From contig CAWHBB010000007.1 of NCBI GenBank assembly GCA_963827485.1, forward strand, positions 22,806-86,805: 64,000 nucleotides of DNA, written 5' to 3'. The translations under genes and the position numbers were made by a program. A model generated the notes under the pieces. The model had not been told where the DNA came from and did no database searches. It was given only the letters and a program-made list of their open reading frames with translations. This document shows positions 47,481-56,914 of this stretch, one piece after another (within the stretch, counting starts at the first letter, position 1; each line of letters starts with the position of its first letter). The stretch is from Chlamydiia bacterium (lineage in GTDB: Bacteria; Chlamydiota; Chlamydiia; Chlamydiales; JAAKFR01).

Positions 47481-49304
47481 TTAAGCCTGCATTGCCTTTT
47501 CGAGCTCATCCATCCAGTAATGAAATCTTTGAATGGCGCTTGTAATGGGGGCAGGTGTGGTGAGATCGAGGCCTGCGACCTTCAAGAGATCGAGCGGGTA
47601 GCGGCTGCCGCCCGCGGCGAGAAAATCGAGGTAGCTCTTGCTATCTCCCTTGAGAACGTTGCCAGCGAGCGCGATGGCAGAGGCAATCCCTGTGGCATAT
47701 TGGTAGACGTAGAAGTGGTAGTAGAAATGGGGGATGCGCGCCCACTCCATATTGAGGAGGGGATCGAGCACGAGTGAGGGGCCGTAGTAATCTCTGTAAA
47801 TTTGGATGTAGAGCTGCTTGATGGACTCGGCCATCAGAGGCTCGCCCCTTTCTGCAAGACTTGAGAGGGCAAGTTCAAATTCGGCAAAGAGCGTCTGTCT
47901 AAAGAAGGTGGCTCGAATATCTTCGATGCGCTCGTGGATCAACAGCAGCCTCTCCTCCGGCTTTTTGATCTTCGTCAAAAGCGAATGCATGAGCAGCTCT
48001 TCGTTCAGAGTCGAGGCGATCTCGGCTACAAAGATCGGATAGCGATAGTCCTGGAAGGACTGCTTCTCTTTGCTGAGGAGGGTGTGCATGCTGTGGCCCG
48101 CCTCGTGGGCAAGGGTGAACAGGTCGCGCAGGCTGCCTCTGAAGTTCATCAAGATGTAGGGATGGCTGTCGTAGCCGCCGCTAGAATAGGCTCCAGAGCG
48201 CTTCTGTGCGCTCTCTTCCCAGTCGACCCAGCGCTCGGAGCGAAAACCCCTCTCGAGTTTCTCTTGGTACTCTTTTCCAAGGGGCTTCACCGCCTCGATG
48301 ACCAAAGAGACCGATTCCTCCTTCGTAAAAACCGGATCCTTCACATTTTCAGGTAGTGCATAGAGGTCGTAAAAGTGCAGCTCATCGAGTTTGAGCAGCC
48401 GCTTCTTAAGGGCGATATAGCGATCGAGTGCGGCTCGATTGGCCCTCACCGTCTCGATGAGTGTGGTGTAGACCTTTTCAGGAATGGCCCATGGGTAGAG
48501 CGCAGAGGCAAGGGAGGATTTAAAACCGCGGGCGCGGCTCATAAAAATCCCGCTCTCAACCTCGCCTGAGAGGAGCTCTGCGAAGGTATTTTCAAATTCG
48601 CCGTAGCGCCCCTGCATCGTCTCAAAGCTGTTTTTGCGCAAGCTCCGGTCGGGAGAGCGAAGATAGAGAGAGTAAAGACCGTGCGAAAGCGGGTAGCTCT
48701 TGCCCTTGCTATCTTTGACCTCGGGAAATTTCATGTCGGCATTGTTGAAAGCAGAAAAGGCCTTTGAAGATGCTGTGAGGGGTTTTCTTGCCATGGCTAG
48801 AAGCAGCTCTTTATCGGCAGATAGCGTGTGGGGGCGCAGGCGGATGATCTTTTCGAGAAAGAAGCGGTAGGGGGCGAGCTCAGTTGCGCTCAAGAGCGCT
48901 TGGAGCTTTTCTTCGCTTAAGGCGAGGAGCTCCGGCTCGAAAAAGGCCTTCTCCTTGTCGAACTCCGAGGAGAGCCAGAGGAATTTTTCAAAGAGCGCCT
49001 TTGTCTCGGGTTTCCCTACGGCCTCATCGTGCTTGAGATGGGCGTACATGTAGAGCTTTTCCATCTTGCGCGAAAGGCTAAGAAGCGTCTCGATCGCCTC
49101 TTTCACCGTCTGGACACCCTCTCCGAGACGGCCTGAGAAGCGCACAAGCTCGGGGAAGTGTGGGGGGCTCTCTTTTCTCAGAGAGTTGAAATCTCTTTCC
49201 CAAGCTTCGAAGGAGGGGTAGAGGATGTCGACCTGCCATTTGGACTCCTCAGGGATCTGATCGCGCGTTTTAGGTGCGGCTACTTTTTCTTGGGTAAAGG
49301 TCAT
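47481..49304 (-). CDS. pepF: oligoendopeptidase F (M3 family)
   Basis: 607 aa with the HEAGHSMH zinc motif. Confidence 0.9.
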   Translation of the reverse strand: MTFTQEKVAAPKTRDQIPEESKWQVDILYPSFEAWERDFNSLRKESPPHFPELVRFSGRLGEGVQTVKEAIETLLSLSRKMEKLYMYAHLKHDEAVGKPETKALFEKFLWLSSEFDKEKAFFEPELLALSEEKLQALLSATELAPYRFFLEKIIRLRPHTLSADKELLLAMARKPLTASSKAFSAFNNADMKFPEVKDSKGKSYPLSHGLYSLYLRSPDRSLRKNSFETMQGRYGEFENTFAELLSGEVESGIFMSRARGFKSSLASALYPWAIPEKVYTTLIETVRANRAALDRYIALKKRLLKLDELHFYDLYALPENVKDPVFTKEESVSLVIEAVKPLGKEYQEKLERGFRSERWVDWEESAQKRSGAYSSGGYDSHPYILMNFRGSLRDLFTLAHEAGHSMHTLLSKEKQSFQDYRYPIFVAEIASTLNEELLMHSLLTKIKKPEERLLLIHERIEDIRATFFRQTLFAEFELALSSLAERGEPLMAESIKQLYIQIYRDYYGPSLVLDPLLNMEWARIPHFYYHFYVYQYATGIASAIALAGNVLKGDSKSYLDFLAAGGSRYPLDLLKVAGLDLTTPAPITSAIQRFHYWMDELEKAMQA

Positions 49305-49309
49305 ATTTT

Positions 49310-49699
49310 CTAGTAGTGGATGTAGAATTTTTTCTGAGCGAGATCGATGATCGTGGTCACCGCCTCTTCGGCATCATCTCCGCACGCCTCGACATGGATG
49401 CGCGCCCCGCGGGCAGCAGCTAAAGTCAAGATGCCGAGCAGCGACTTGGCATTCACGACGGTGTTCTGGTAACAGAGGTTCACCTCAGCCTTGAAGTGGG
49501 TTGCACACTTGACAAGCTCGGTCGAAGGGCGTGTATGGAGGCCCTTGTCATTTGCCACGATGAAAAAGCCTTTGGCGATCTTCTTGGCAGGGATGGTCTG
49601 CAAGAGCTCTCCTCTGAGCACGCCTCTCTTCGTCGATTTTTTTGCACTTGGCATGGCTACCTCCTGCTCTTTCTTTGATCTGTGATTTCTTGAATACAT
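49310..49699 (-). CDS. ptsH: phosphocarrier protein HPr (with N-terminal extension)
   Basis: The C-terminal ~90 aa match HPr (GLHTRPSTELVKCATHFKAEVNL...AKSLLGILTLAAARGARIHVEACGDDAEEAV). Confidence 0.65.
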   Translation of the reverse strand: MYSRNHRSKKEQEVAMPSAKKSTKRGVLRGELLQTIPAKKIAKGFFIVANDKGLHTRPSTELVKCATHFKAEVNLCYQNTVVNAKSLLGILTLAAARGARIHVEACGDDAEEAVTTIIDLAQKKFYIHY

Positions 49700-49795
49700 C
49701 TAAAATTTTTACCTTACATTTTATATTTTGACCCACCATAGCGAAGAGCTCTTCTTGCTACAAGACTTTTTTTCATCTCTCATTAAGAGAGACCC

Positions 49796-50209
49796 TCACT
49801 CTTCGACCATTGCGATCACTTTTTCCAGCACATCGCGGGTGCAGTAGATGGGGGCTCTTTGGATCAGGGCGAGGGTGATACAGTCGCTTGGTCTTGCATC
49901 GATCTCGACGATCTGGGTGATGTCGGCACATTTTTGCTCGAGAAAGAGGCGCGCATAGTAGGTGGTGTCTTGAAGATCGGAGATCACCACCTGCTTGATG
50001 CGAATGTCAAGACCTCTGTAGACCATCGACATGAGGTCGTGGGTTGAGGGTCGCGCTCTCGCGGTTTCGGTCAGATACATCTGCATCGATTTGCCGCTTG
50101 GAAGATCGGTGTAGATGGCGAATTTCTTTGAGTCGGCATCCAAGACGATGCAGGAATAGGTCTTTGAACGCATGATCTTGTCAAACTTTAGCTGAACTAG
50201 CTCTGACAT
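49796..50209 (-). CDS. bifunctional nuclease-family (DUF151) protein
   Basis: 137 aa, similar to BFN-domain proteins (...IVEIDARPSDCITLAL...). Confidence 0.55.
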   Translation of the reverse strand: MSELVQLKFDKIMRSKTYSCIVLDADSKKFAIYTDLPSGKSMQMYLTETARARPSTHDLMSMVYRGLDIRIKQVVISDLQDTTYYARLFLEQKCADITQIVEIDARPSDCITLALIQRAPIYCTRDVLEKVIAMVEE

Positions 50210-50210
50210 G

Positions 50211-50936
50211 TTATTCCTGAAGCTCTACTTTCCCATTGCCATACCCGATCAGTAGGGCAGTTGCCAAGTCGAAAAAGAAGCCTGTCTCGATCACGCCCGG
50301 AATTTTGAGGATTTCAAGCTCGCTTTTCTCCGGTTCATCGAAGTAAAGAGGGGAGTGGATATCGAAGATGTAGTTGCCGCTGTCGGTTCGATAAAGGGCT
50401 CCCTCTTTTGTCTTGCGAAAGGTGCCCTTGTAGCCGAGGGATTCGATGTGGTGAAGCGTCGCTCTGGCTCCGAATGGGAGCACCTCCACAGGGAGTCCTT
50501 GGGCCCCTAGCTTCTCCACGATCTTCGATTCGTCGATAGCGACGATCATCTTTTTGCTTGCGCTTGCGACGATCTTTTCTCGCAAAAGAGCGCCCCCTTT
50601 GCCCTTGATCAAACGCCACTCGGGGTCGACCTCATCGGCTCCGTCGATCGTTAGGTCGATGGTTTCGACCTGATCCATATCCAGAACCTCGATTCCGCCA
50701 CCAAGTGCTAGCTTGAGGGAGGCCTCTGAGGAGGAGACGGCGCGGATGAAGAGCCCCTTCTTGCATCTTGCGATGAGGCTTTTGATGAAAAAAGTGGCTG
50801 TGGTGCCTGTGCCAAGGCCTATCGTCATGCCCTCTTCAACCAATTGGGCAGCATATTCGCCGAGGGCTGCTTTGATCTCGTCTTGTTTCTTTACATCGAT
50901 TCCCATAAGCCGTACTATAACCCCATTTGAACCCAC
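50211..50936 (-). CDS. rpiA: ribose-5-phosphate isomerase A
   Basis: 241 aa with GLGTGTTATFFI, DGADEVD and KGKGGALLREK motifs. Confidence 0.85.
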   Translation of the reverse strand: MGSNGVIVRLMGIDVKKQDEIKAALGEYAAQLVEEGMTIGLGTGTTATFFIKSLIARCKKGLFIRAVSSSEASLKLALGGGIEVLDMDQVETIDLTIDGADEVDPEWRLIKGKGGALLREKIVASASKKMIVAIDESKIVEKLGAQGLPVEVLPFGARATLHHIESLGYKGTFRKTKEGALYRTDSGNYIFDIHSPLYFDEPEKSELEILKIPGVIETGFFFDLATALLIGYGNGKVELQE

Positions 50937-50951
50937 ATAGCAAAAAGAAAA

Positions 50952-51719
50952 GTGACAAAAAGAAAAGTGAAAAGAAGAGAGCTTTTATCCTACCTAGACG
51001 ACCTCTACAAGCCTCAGCTCTTCGACGACAATGGCCTCAATGGCCTGCAGGTGGAGGGTGGAGAGGAGATAGAGCGCATCGCGGTGGCGGTGAGCGCCTC
51101 TGAATATGCGATCGAGAGTGCGGCGAGGCAGGGCGCGGGTGCGCTCATCGTCCACCATGGGCTTTTTTGGAAGAGAGATCCGGTTGCAATCAAGGGAGCG
51201 ATGAGAAATCGGATTGCGCCGCTTTTGCGAAATAATATCTCTCTGATCGCCTACCATCTTCCAATGGATGCCCATCCTGAGATTGGCAATAACTGGAAAG
51301 CGGCCTACGATCTTGGCTGGAGGGAGCTCTCCCCATTTGGCAGATACAATAGATCGGAAATAGGCGTGACAGGGACGATCGAGCCGATAGCGCTCGAGCC
51401 GCTCTGCAAAGTGCTTGAGGGCTATTTTCGCCATCCTTTGACGCTTGCACCATTTGGAAAGAGGGAGATCCGCACCATCGGCTTTGTTTCTGGTGGCGCC
51501 TACAAATGGGTCGAGGAGGCGGTAGAGCGGGGGCTCGATCTTTTTCTAACAGGCAGCTTTGATGAGCCGGCTTACTCGCTTGCGAAAGAGGGATCGATCC
51601 ATTTTGCAGCTGCGGGCCACTTTGCCACCGAGCGCACCGGTCCGCGCGCCCTGCAAGAAAAGCTTGTTCGTGATTTGAAGATCGACTGCCTCTTTATCGA
51701 TGAAGAGAACCCGTTCTAG
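50952..51719 (+). CDS. Nif3-family dinuclear metal center protein (YqfO/YbgI-like)
   Basis: 255 aa with LIVHHGLFW...YHLPMDAHPEIGNN. Confidence 0.8.
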   Translation: MTKRKVKRRELLSYLDDLYKPQLFDDNGLNGLQVEGGEEIERIAVAVSASEYAIESAARQGAGALIVHHGLFWKRDPVAIKGAMRNRIAPLLRNNISLIAYHLPMDAHPEIGNNWKAAYDLGWRELSPFGRYNRSEIGVTGTIEPIALEPLCKVLEGYFRHPLTLAPFGKREIRTIGFVSGGAYKWVEEAVERGLDLFLTGSFDEPAYSLAKEGSIHFAAAGHFATERTGPRALQEKLVRDLKIDCLFIDEENPF

Positions 51720-51839
51720 GGGCTCTAATAAATCGGGCGCGGGCTCGCAAACGTTCACATGCTGTAATTGCGCGTTGGAATGGAAAGGCGGGTTGCTCTC
51801 TGGCTAAAAAGCCTCGGAGTAGCCTAGGCTCTCCATGAA

Positions 51840-53060
51840 TTAAGTTAACAATCGTTAACTATTACAAAAGGAGAAGCAACCCGTGAGACATTATGTTGGA
51901 CTCGACGTTTCTATGGAAGAAACATCTATCTGTGTAATCGATGAGAGAGGCAAGGTTATCCACGAGACTGTGGTTTATTCTGGTCCTGAGCAGATAGCCG
52001 CTTATCTCCAAAGTAAGGGGCTGCTTATTGAAAAGGTAGGCCTTGAAAGCGGCTCTCTGAGCAATTGGCTTACTCGAGAGCTTCAAAAGCTTGCCCTACC
52101 GGCTGTCTGCATCGATGCACGGCAAATGGCCGCTTTACTTTCCACTCAGATCAACAAAAATGATAAGAATGATGCCAGAGGGATAGCCCAAGCCCTCAGG
52201 GGCAGCTACTGTAAGGAGGTCACCATCAAAAGCGAGGCGGATGTAGCCATACGCACGGCGGTGACAGCCAGAAAGGCCCTAATAAGAGGAGCGGTAAAGC
52301 TCAAAAATACCCTACGTGGACTTCTCAAGTCCTACGGCATACGCATCAAGGCCTCTAGGAAAGAGTTTGAGGCCAAGGTGATGAGCTCGATAGATAAGAA
52401 CGATATTGCCCTTAGCATATCTGTGGAGGCGCTTTTGAGCAGCATCAAGTCAGTTAATGCAAAGGTAGAGGAACTAGAGTGCTATCTTAAAGGGCTAGCT
52501 AAAGAGGATGAGGTGGTCAAAGTACTGATGACAGTACCTGGAGTAGGTGTGCAGACAGCCCTCAGCTTCAAAACAGCCATTGGAGATCCATCTAGATTCA
52601 AAAATTCTAAAAGCGTTGCCGCCTACCTTGGTCTCACCCCCCGGCTATATGAATCTGGCGAGACTTCGAGAACAGGCAAGATTTCAAAGTGTGGGGATAC
52701 GAACACGAGGTCTCTTCTTGTAGAAGCAGCCGTGGTCCATCTAACGCGTACAAAGGGCTCTAGCAAATTAAAAAGCTGGGGTCTAAAGCTGGCCAAGAAG
52801 AAGGGTCATAAGAAAGCAGCGGTTGCAGTTGCCCGCAAGCTTGCAGTGATTCTACATAGGATGCTTGTGACGGAAACGCCTTTTATGACAGGAGAAGAAA
52901 GGCCTTCTGAGGGTACGCCAGAGGGCGCTTCCAAAGAAGCTGTGGTGTCAAAGGCTAAAGGGCCTGCCCTGGCGCCCCGCCGCCGGCTTCGCCGGCGAGA
53001 GCCTGAACAGGCTCTTGGAATGGCCTAAAGGCCATTCTGCGGGGCGCCCCCTAAAACTTT
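51840..53060 (+). mobile_element. IS110-family insertion sequence (ends approximate)
   Basis: A single transposase ORF with no obvious terminal inverted repeats, as expected for the IS110 family. The boundaries are inferred only from the ORF. Confidence 0.5.
51883..53028 (+). CDS. IS110-family transposase
   Basis: 381 aa with a GTG start and an AAAGGAGAAG RBS. The N-terminal MRHYVGLDVSMEETSICVIDE is the IS110-type DEDD domain, and the C-terminal PGVGVQTALSFKTAIGDPSRFKNSKSVAAYLGLTP is the HhH motif. Confidence 0.85.
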   Translation: MRHYVGLDVSMEETSICVIDERGKVIHETVVYSGPEQIAAYLQSKGLLIEKVGLESGSLSNWLTRELQKLALPAVCIDARQMAALLSTQINKNDKNDARGIAQALRGSYCKEVTIKSEADVAIRTAVTARKALIRGAVKLKNTLRGLLKSYGIRIKASRKEFEAKVMSSIDKNDIALSISVEALLSSIKSVNAKVEELECYLKGLAKEDEVVKVLMTVPGVGVQTALSFKTAIGDPSRFKNSKSVAAYLGLTPRLYESGETSRTGKISKCGDTNTRSLLVEAAVVHLTRTKGSSKLKSWGLKLAKKKGHKKAAVAVARKLAVILHRMLVTETPFMTGEERPSEGTPEGASKEAVVSKAKGPALAPRRRLRRREPEQALGMA

Positions 53061-53523
53061 GATTCCATTTTTTTGCAAAAAAACAATAGGAGCGAAAGAG
53101 TCAACCTCACAAGACAGACCGAATGTCCAAGCCATAGACGTCATAACCGTTGGCCCTAGTTTATCTAGAGAGCCGTCGTTCACATTGTCAGGCTTGAGCC
53201 ATTCGCACAGCATAATGGGACGAGGGCAAGAAAAAAGTCCTCTTAAATAGATCCCGTAGGGAACCGTGGATGAAGTCTTGTGTTGGTCTACTCCCAAGAA
53301 GCTCTTGAGAATGAGGAAAAGAGAAAATGTTGACTTAATCGGCGCAATTAGGGAACGTTCACGAAAATAGAGTGCTGACACACTTGTTCATCTTGCGAAA
53401 AATGGCCCTGGGAGCTCTTTCGTGAACGTGAACGCTTGCGAGCTCGCGCCCGATCTTATTTTCAGAAGGTGTTAGCAGAAATAGTTATCAGCGCCCTGAA
53501 CAGTAACTTGGCAAATTCAATAT

Positions 53524-53934
53524 TTAGGGCTCTCCTGCCTCGACCTCTTCGAGGGCAGAGGGGGCTCCGATGCGGATGCGTCCCTTGAGCGCCTCTTTGG
53601 GAATATCCAGTTTGCGCGCCTGCTTGAAGATCTCGCTCGCAATCATGATGATCTCTTCGTTCAGCTTCTGGCGCAAGCTCTGAATTTCAGGTGACTTGGG
53701 CTCCACCAAGATCTTGTGGCTCTTCAGAGCTTCATGCTCGCGGCCCACCCGCATCGCTCGAGAAGCAATAGCCCGCTTGGAAACCTCTTTGAGCTCTTCC
53801 ACGTTGGCCACGTTGCGCTTCTCAAGCGCTCGCTTGAGCTGCTCGTCTTCGCGCTCCTGGTACTTCTTAACAATGTCATCCCAGTTTTCTGGAAACTCCA
53901 GGATATCTTCTTTCTGGGAATCAGCCATAACCAC
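53524..53934 (-). CDS. hypothetical charged/coiled-coil protein
   Basis: 136 aa with no recognisable domain. Confidence 0.35.
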   Translation of the reverse strand: MVMADSQKEDILEFPENWDDIVKKYQEREDEQLKRALEKRNVANVEELKEVSKRAIASRAMRVGREHEALKSHKILVEPKSPEIQSLRQKLNEEIIMIASEIFKQARKLDIPKEALKGRIRIGAPSALEEVEAGEP

Positions 53935-54111
53935 AAGCTCCTTTACATCAGATGATTGATCCCCTTATTATACCAATCCCTTTTTTTTGTAATGCTTTTT
54001 TACTCGCCTTGAGTAAAAAGATGCATTTTAGGGGTCGGCGGCCCGCGGTATAGCCATGGGCAAGAGGCCGATAAAAAAAATTATAACCTAGCGAAACAGC
54101 GAAAGGCAAAC

Positions 54112-55383
54112 ATGAAAAACCTCATCCACCAGCTCGAAAAACGGGGCTTCATCGCCGATATGACCTCCCATGAGCTCTACGAGCTCGCTGAAAAGCCGCT
54201 CACCGTCTACGCAGGCTTCGATCCTACCTCAGATAGCCTCCACCTCGGCAACCTCGTCGGCATCATCGCTCTTGCCTGGTTCCAACGTTATGGCCACAAG
54301 CCCATTGCCCTTCTCGGAGGCGCTACGGGGATGATCGGCGACCCCTCGGGCAAAAGCACCGAGCGGCAGCTTCTAAAAGCCGAAGCTATTGCAACCAATG
54401 TACAGGGAATCGCAAAATCGCTCAAGCAAATTATTGATTTTGAGAATGATAAAGCGCCCGCTCTCCTTTTGAACAACCTCGACTGGTTTGGTGGTGTGAC
54501 CCTCATCGATTTTTTACGCGATATCGGCAAGCATTTCAGGCTCTCGACCATGCTCGCCAAGGATTCGGTTCAGTCGAGGGTGAGCTCTGAGGAGGGGATG
54601 AGCTTCACCGAGTTTAGCTACCAGCTCTTTCAGGCCTACGACTTCCTCCACCTCTTCGACCACCACAAAGTCACCCTCCAGATAGGTGGTAGCGATCAGT
54701 GGGGCAATATCACCGCCGGTACCGAGCTTGTGCGAAAGATGCGATCAGGCTCTGTCTACGGCCTCACCTTCCCTCTCATCACGAGAAGCGATGGAAAGAA
54801 ATTTGGTAAGTCGGAGGAGGGCGCCATCTGGCTCAATGCCGATAAGCTCTCCGAATACGACTTCTATCAATATCTCTTCCGCATGCCCGATAGCGATGTG
54901 ATCAAGTTGATGAAGATGCTCACCTTCATGGAGCTCGAAGAGATCGAGACGATCGAGCGCGAGATGAAGAGCTCCGCCTACCAGGCCAATAGCGCCCAGA
55001 AGCGGCTGGCAAGCGAAGTGACGCGCATCGTGCACGGCGAAAAGGGACTCGCCCTCGCTGAGCAGGTGACCCTGGCCGCTCGCCCAGGAGAGAAGGGGGA
55101 GCTCACTCTGGCCATGCTCGAGGTGATGGCTAAGGAGATTCCAAGCCAGAAGCTCGACCACAAAGATGTGCTGAACAAAGAATATGCGGAGCTCTTTGTC
55201 ACAGCAGGTCTCTGCGATAGCAAGAGCGAGGCCAAAAGACTCATCGTCGGCCAAGGGGCCTACCTCAACAATTTGCGCCTAGAAGACCCTCACAAGCGGG
55301 TCCAGAGCCATGATCTTGTCGAAAAACGGTTCCTTCTTCTTGCAGTCGGCAAGAAAAAGAAACGGGTAATCGAAATTTGTTAG
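54112..55383 (+). CDS. tyrS: tyrosine--tRNA ligase
   Basis: 423 aa with a HIGH-type motif (DSLHLGNLV), KMSKS-type (KFGKSE) and a C-terminal S4-like domain. Confidence 0.9.
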   Translation: MKNLIHQLEKRGFIADMTSHELYELAEKPLTVYAGFDPTSDSLHLGNLVGIIALAWFQRYGHKPIALLGGATGMIGDPSGKSTERQLLKAEAIATNVQGIAKSLKQIIDFENDKAPALLLNNLDWFGGVTLIDFLRDIGKHFRLSTMLAKDSVQSRVSSEEGMSFTEFSYQLFQAYDFLHLFDHHKVTLQIGGSDQWGNITAGTELVRKMRSGSVYGLTFPLITRSDGKKFGKSEEGAIWLNADKLSEYDFYQYLFRMPDSDVIKLMKMLTFMELEEIETIEREMKSSAYQANSAQKRLASEVTRIVHGEKGLALAEQVTLAARPGEKGELTLAMLEVMAKEIPSQKLDHKDVLNKEYAELFVTAGLCDSKSEAKRLIVGQGAYLNNLRLEDPHKRVQSHDLVEKRFLLLAVGKKKKRVIEIC

Positions 55384-55580
55384 AGAAATCTTGCGCTCTC
55401 AAAGCGATCAGTTTGAGCCCTTTTGGGCCATTTTTTAATGCCCGGAAAAAAATTTTTAGCTCACTCGGAGCCTCCGAGAGGAGAGAATCGACTATCCAGT
55501 AAAAATTCTCTTGAACCGAATTTTGCCATTGCTATTATTCGGCTATAAATCAATGAGGTATAACGCGGAGGCTAATTTAT

Positions 55581-55883
55581 ATGGCAACGATGACAAAGAA
55601 GAAGCTCATTAGCACGATTTCACAAGGTCAGGGGATACACCCTAACCACGTGCGCAATGTGATTCAAAAATTCCTAGACGCGATGACCGAAGCGCTCGCC
55701 CATGGCGATCGTCTTGAGTTTCGCGACTTTGGAGTGCTGCAGGTCGTGGAGCGCAAGCCCAAGATCGGAAGAAACCCAAAAAATGCAGCGGTACCTATCT
55801 ATATCCCTGCACGTAAGGCGGTTAAGTTCACTCCAGGCAAAAAGATGAGAAGGCTCATCGAAACCCATGTAAAACATAAGTAG
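55581..55883 (+). CDS. HU/IHF-family DNA-binding protein
   Basis: 100 aa with ...RLEFRDFGVLQVVERKPKIGRNPKNAAVPIYIPARKAVKFTPGKKM. Confidence 0.8.
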   Translation: MATMTKKKLISTISQGQGIHPNHVRNVIQKFLDAMTEALAHGDRLEFRDFGVLQVVERKPKIGRNPKNAAVPIYIPARKAVKFTPGKKMRRLIETHVKHK

Positions 55884-56002
55884 AAACCCTCTCTCTCGAG
55901 GATTTCTTATAACCCTTATGCCGAAAGGCGTAAGGGTTTTTTCTTTTGAAAATTATATATTAATGATTTACTATTCTCCTTTTCAATTATAGTAGCTGCT
56001 CT

Positions 56003-56914
56003 ATGACTAAGAAGAAAGATTCTCCCTCTCTTGTAAAAAAGCGGGGCCAGATCGAAGAGAAGCTTGCCGGGATCAGCGCAGGCTTTTCAGCAAAACTTTC
56101 GAGCGCTGAAAGAGTGGCGCTTGCTCGCCATAGTGCACGGCCGAAGGCGGTCGACTTTATCAAGAATCTTGCAACCCACTTTGTCGAGCTTGCAGGCGAC
56201 AGGCTCATTCGCGATGATCCAGCTGTCATCGGCGGCTTTGCCACCATCGCAGGCAAGCGCGTGGTGCTGGTGGCTCAGGAAAAGGGGAACGACACTGAAA
56301 GCAGGCTGAAGCGCAACTTCGGCATGGTCCATCCCGAAGGTTTTAGAAAGACCTTGAGGCTCGCCCTTCTCGCCGAGAAGTTCAACCTGCCTCTGATCCT
56401 GCTGGTAGATACCCCAGGAGCCTTTCCTGGCATCGCTGCGGAAGAGCGAGGTCAGGGCTGGGCCATTGCAGAGAATCTCAAAGAGCTATTTCGCATCAAG
56501 ACTCCCATCCTGGTCCTCATCTTGGGCGAAGCCTCCTCAGGAGGGGCTCTCGGCATGGGCATCGGCGACGCGGTCGGGATGCTCGAGAACGCCTACTTTT
56601 CCGTCATCTCTCCCGAAGGATGCGCCTCCATTCTCTGGCGCGATGCTAAGCGCTCGCCTGAAGCGGCTGCCGCTTTGAAGCTGCATGCTGAGGATATGCT
56701 CGCCTTTGAAGTGGTCGAAGAGATCATTCAAGAGGGGAGGGGAGCCCATCTGGATCCCGAGCTGACCTACGCCAATTGCTTGAGCTTTATCTCTAAGAGG
56801 CTCAACGACTTAAGAAAAGTGCCGATCGCGAATCTTCTCGAGCTGCGCTACCGTAAATATCGAAAAATAGGCTCTCACATATCTTCCGAGCCAAAAGTCG
56901 CGTCGGCACCATGA
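56003..56914 (+). CDS. accA: acetyl-CoA carboxylase carboxyltransferase subunit alpha
   Basis: 303 aa with ARHSARPKAVDFI...GGFATIAGKRVVLVAQEKG...LLVDTPGAFPG. Confidence 0.9.
   Translation: MTKKKDSPSLVKKRGQIEEKLAGISAGFSAKLSSAERVALARHSARPKAVDFIKNLATHFVELAGDRLIRDDPAVIGGFATIAGKRVVLVAQEKGNDTESRLKRNFGMVHPEGFRKTLRLALLAEKFNLPLILLVDTPGAFPGIAAEERGQGWAIAENLKELFRIKTPILVLILGEASSGGALGMGIGDAVGMLENAYFSVISPEGCASILWRDAKRSPEAAAALKLHAEDMLAFEVVEEIIQEGRGAHLDPELTYANCLSFISKRLNDLRKVPIANLLELRYRKYRKIGSHISSEPKVASAP

Noticed and set aside
53025-53381. 118-aa ORF (and 63-aa ORF at 53059..53250) next to the IS110 element
   Set aside because: No RBS or motifs, and they overlap each other on opposite strands in IS-flanking debris, so they are probably non-coding.
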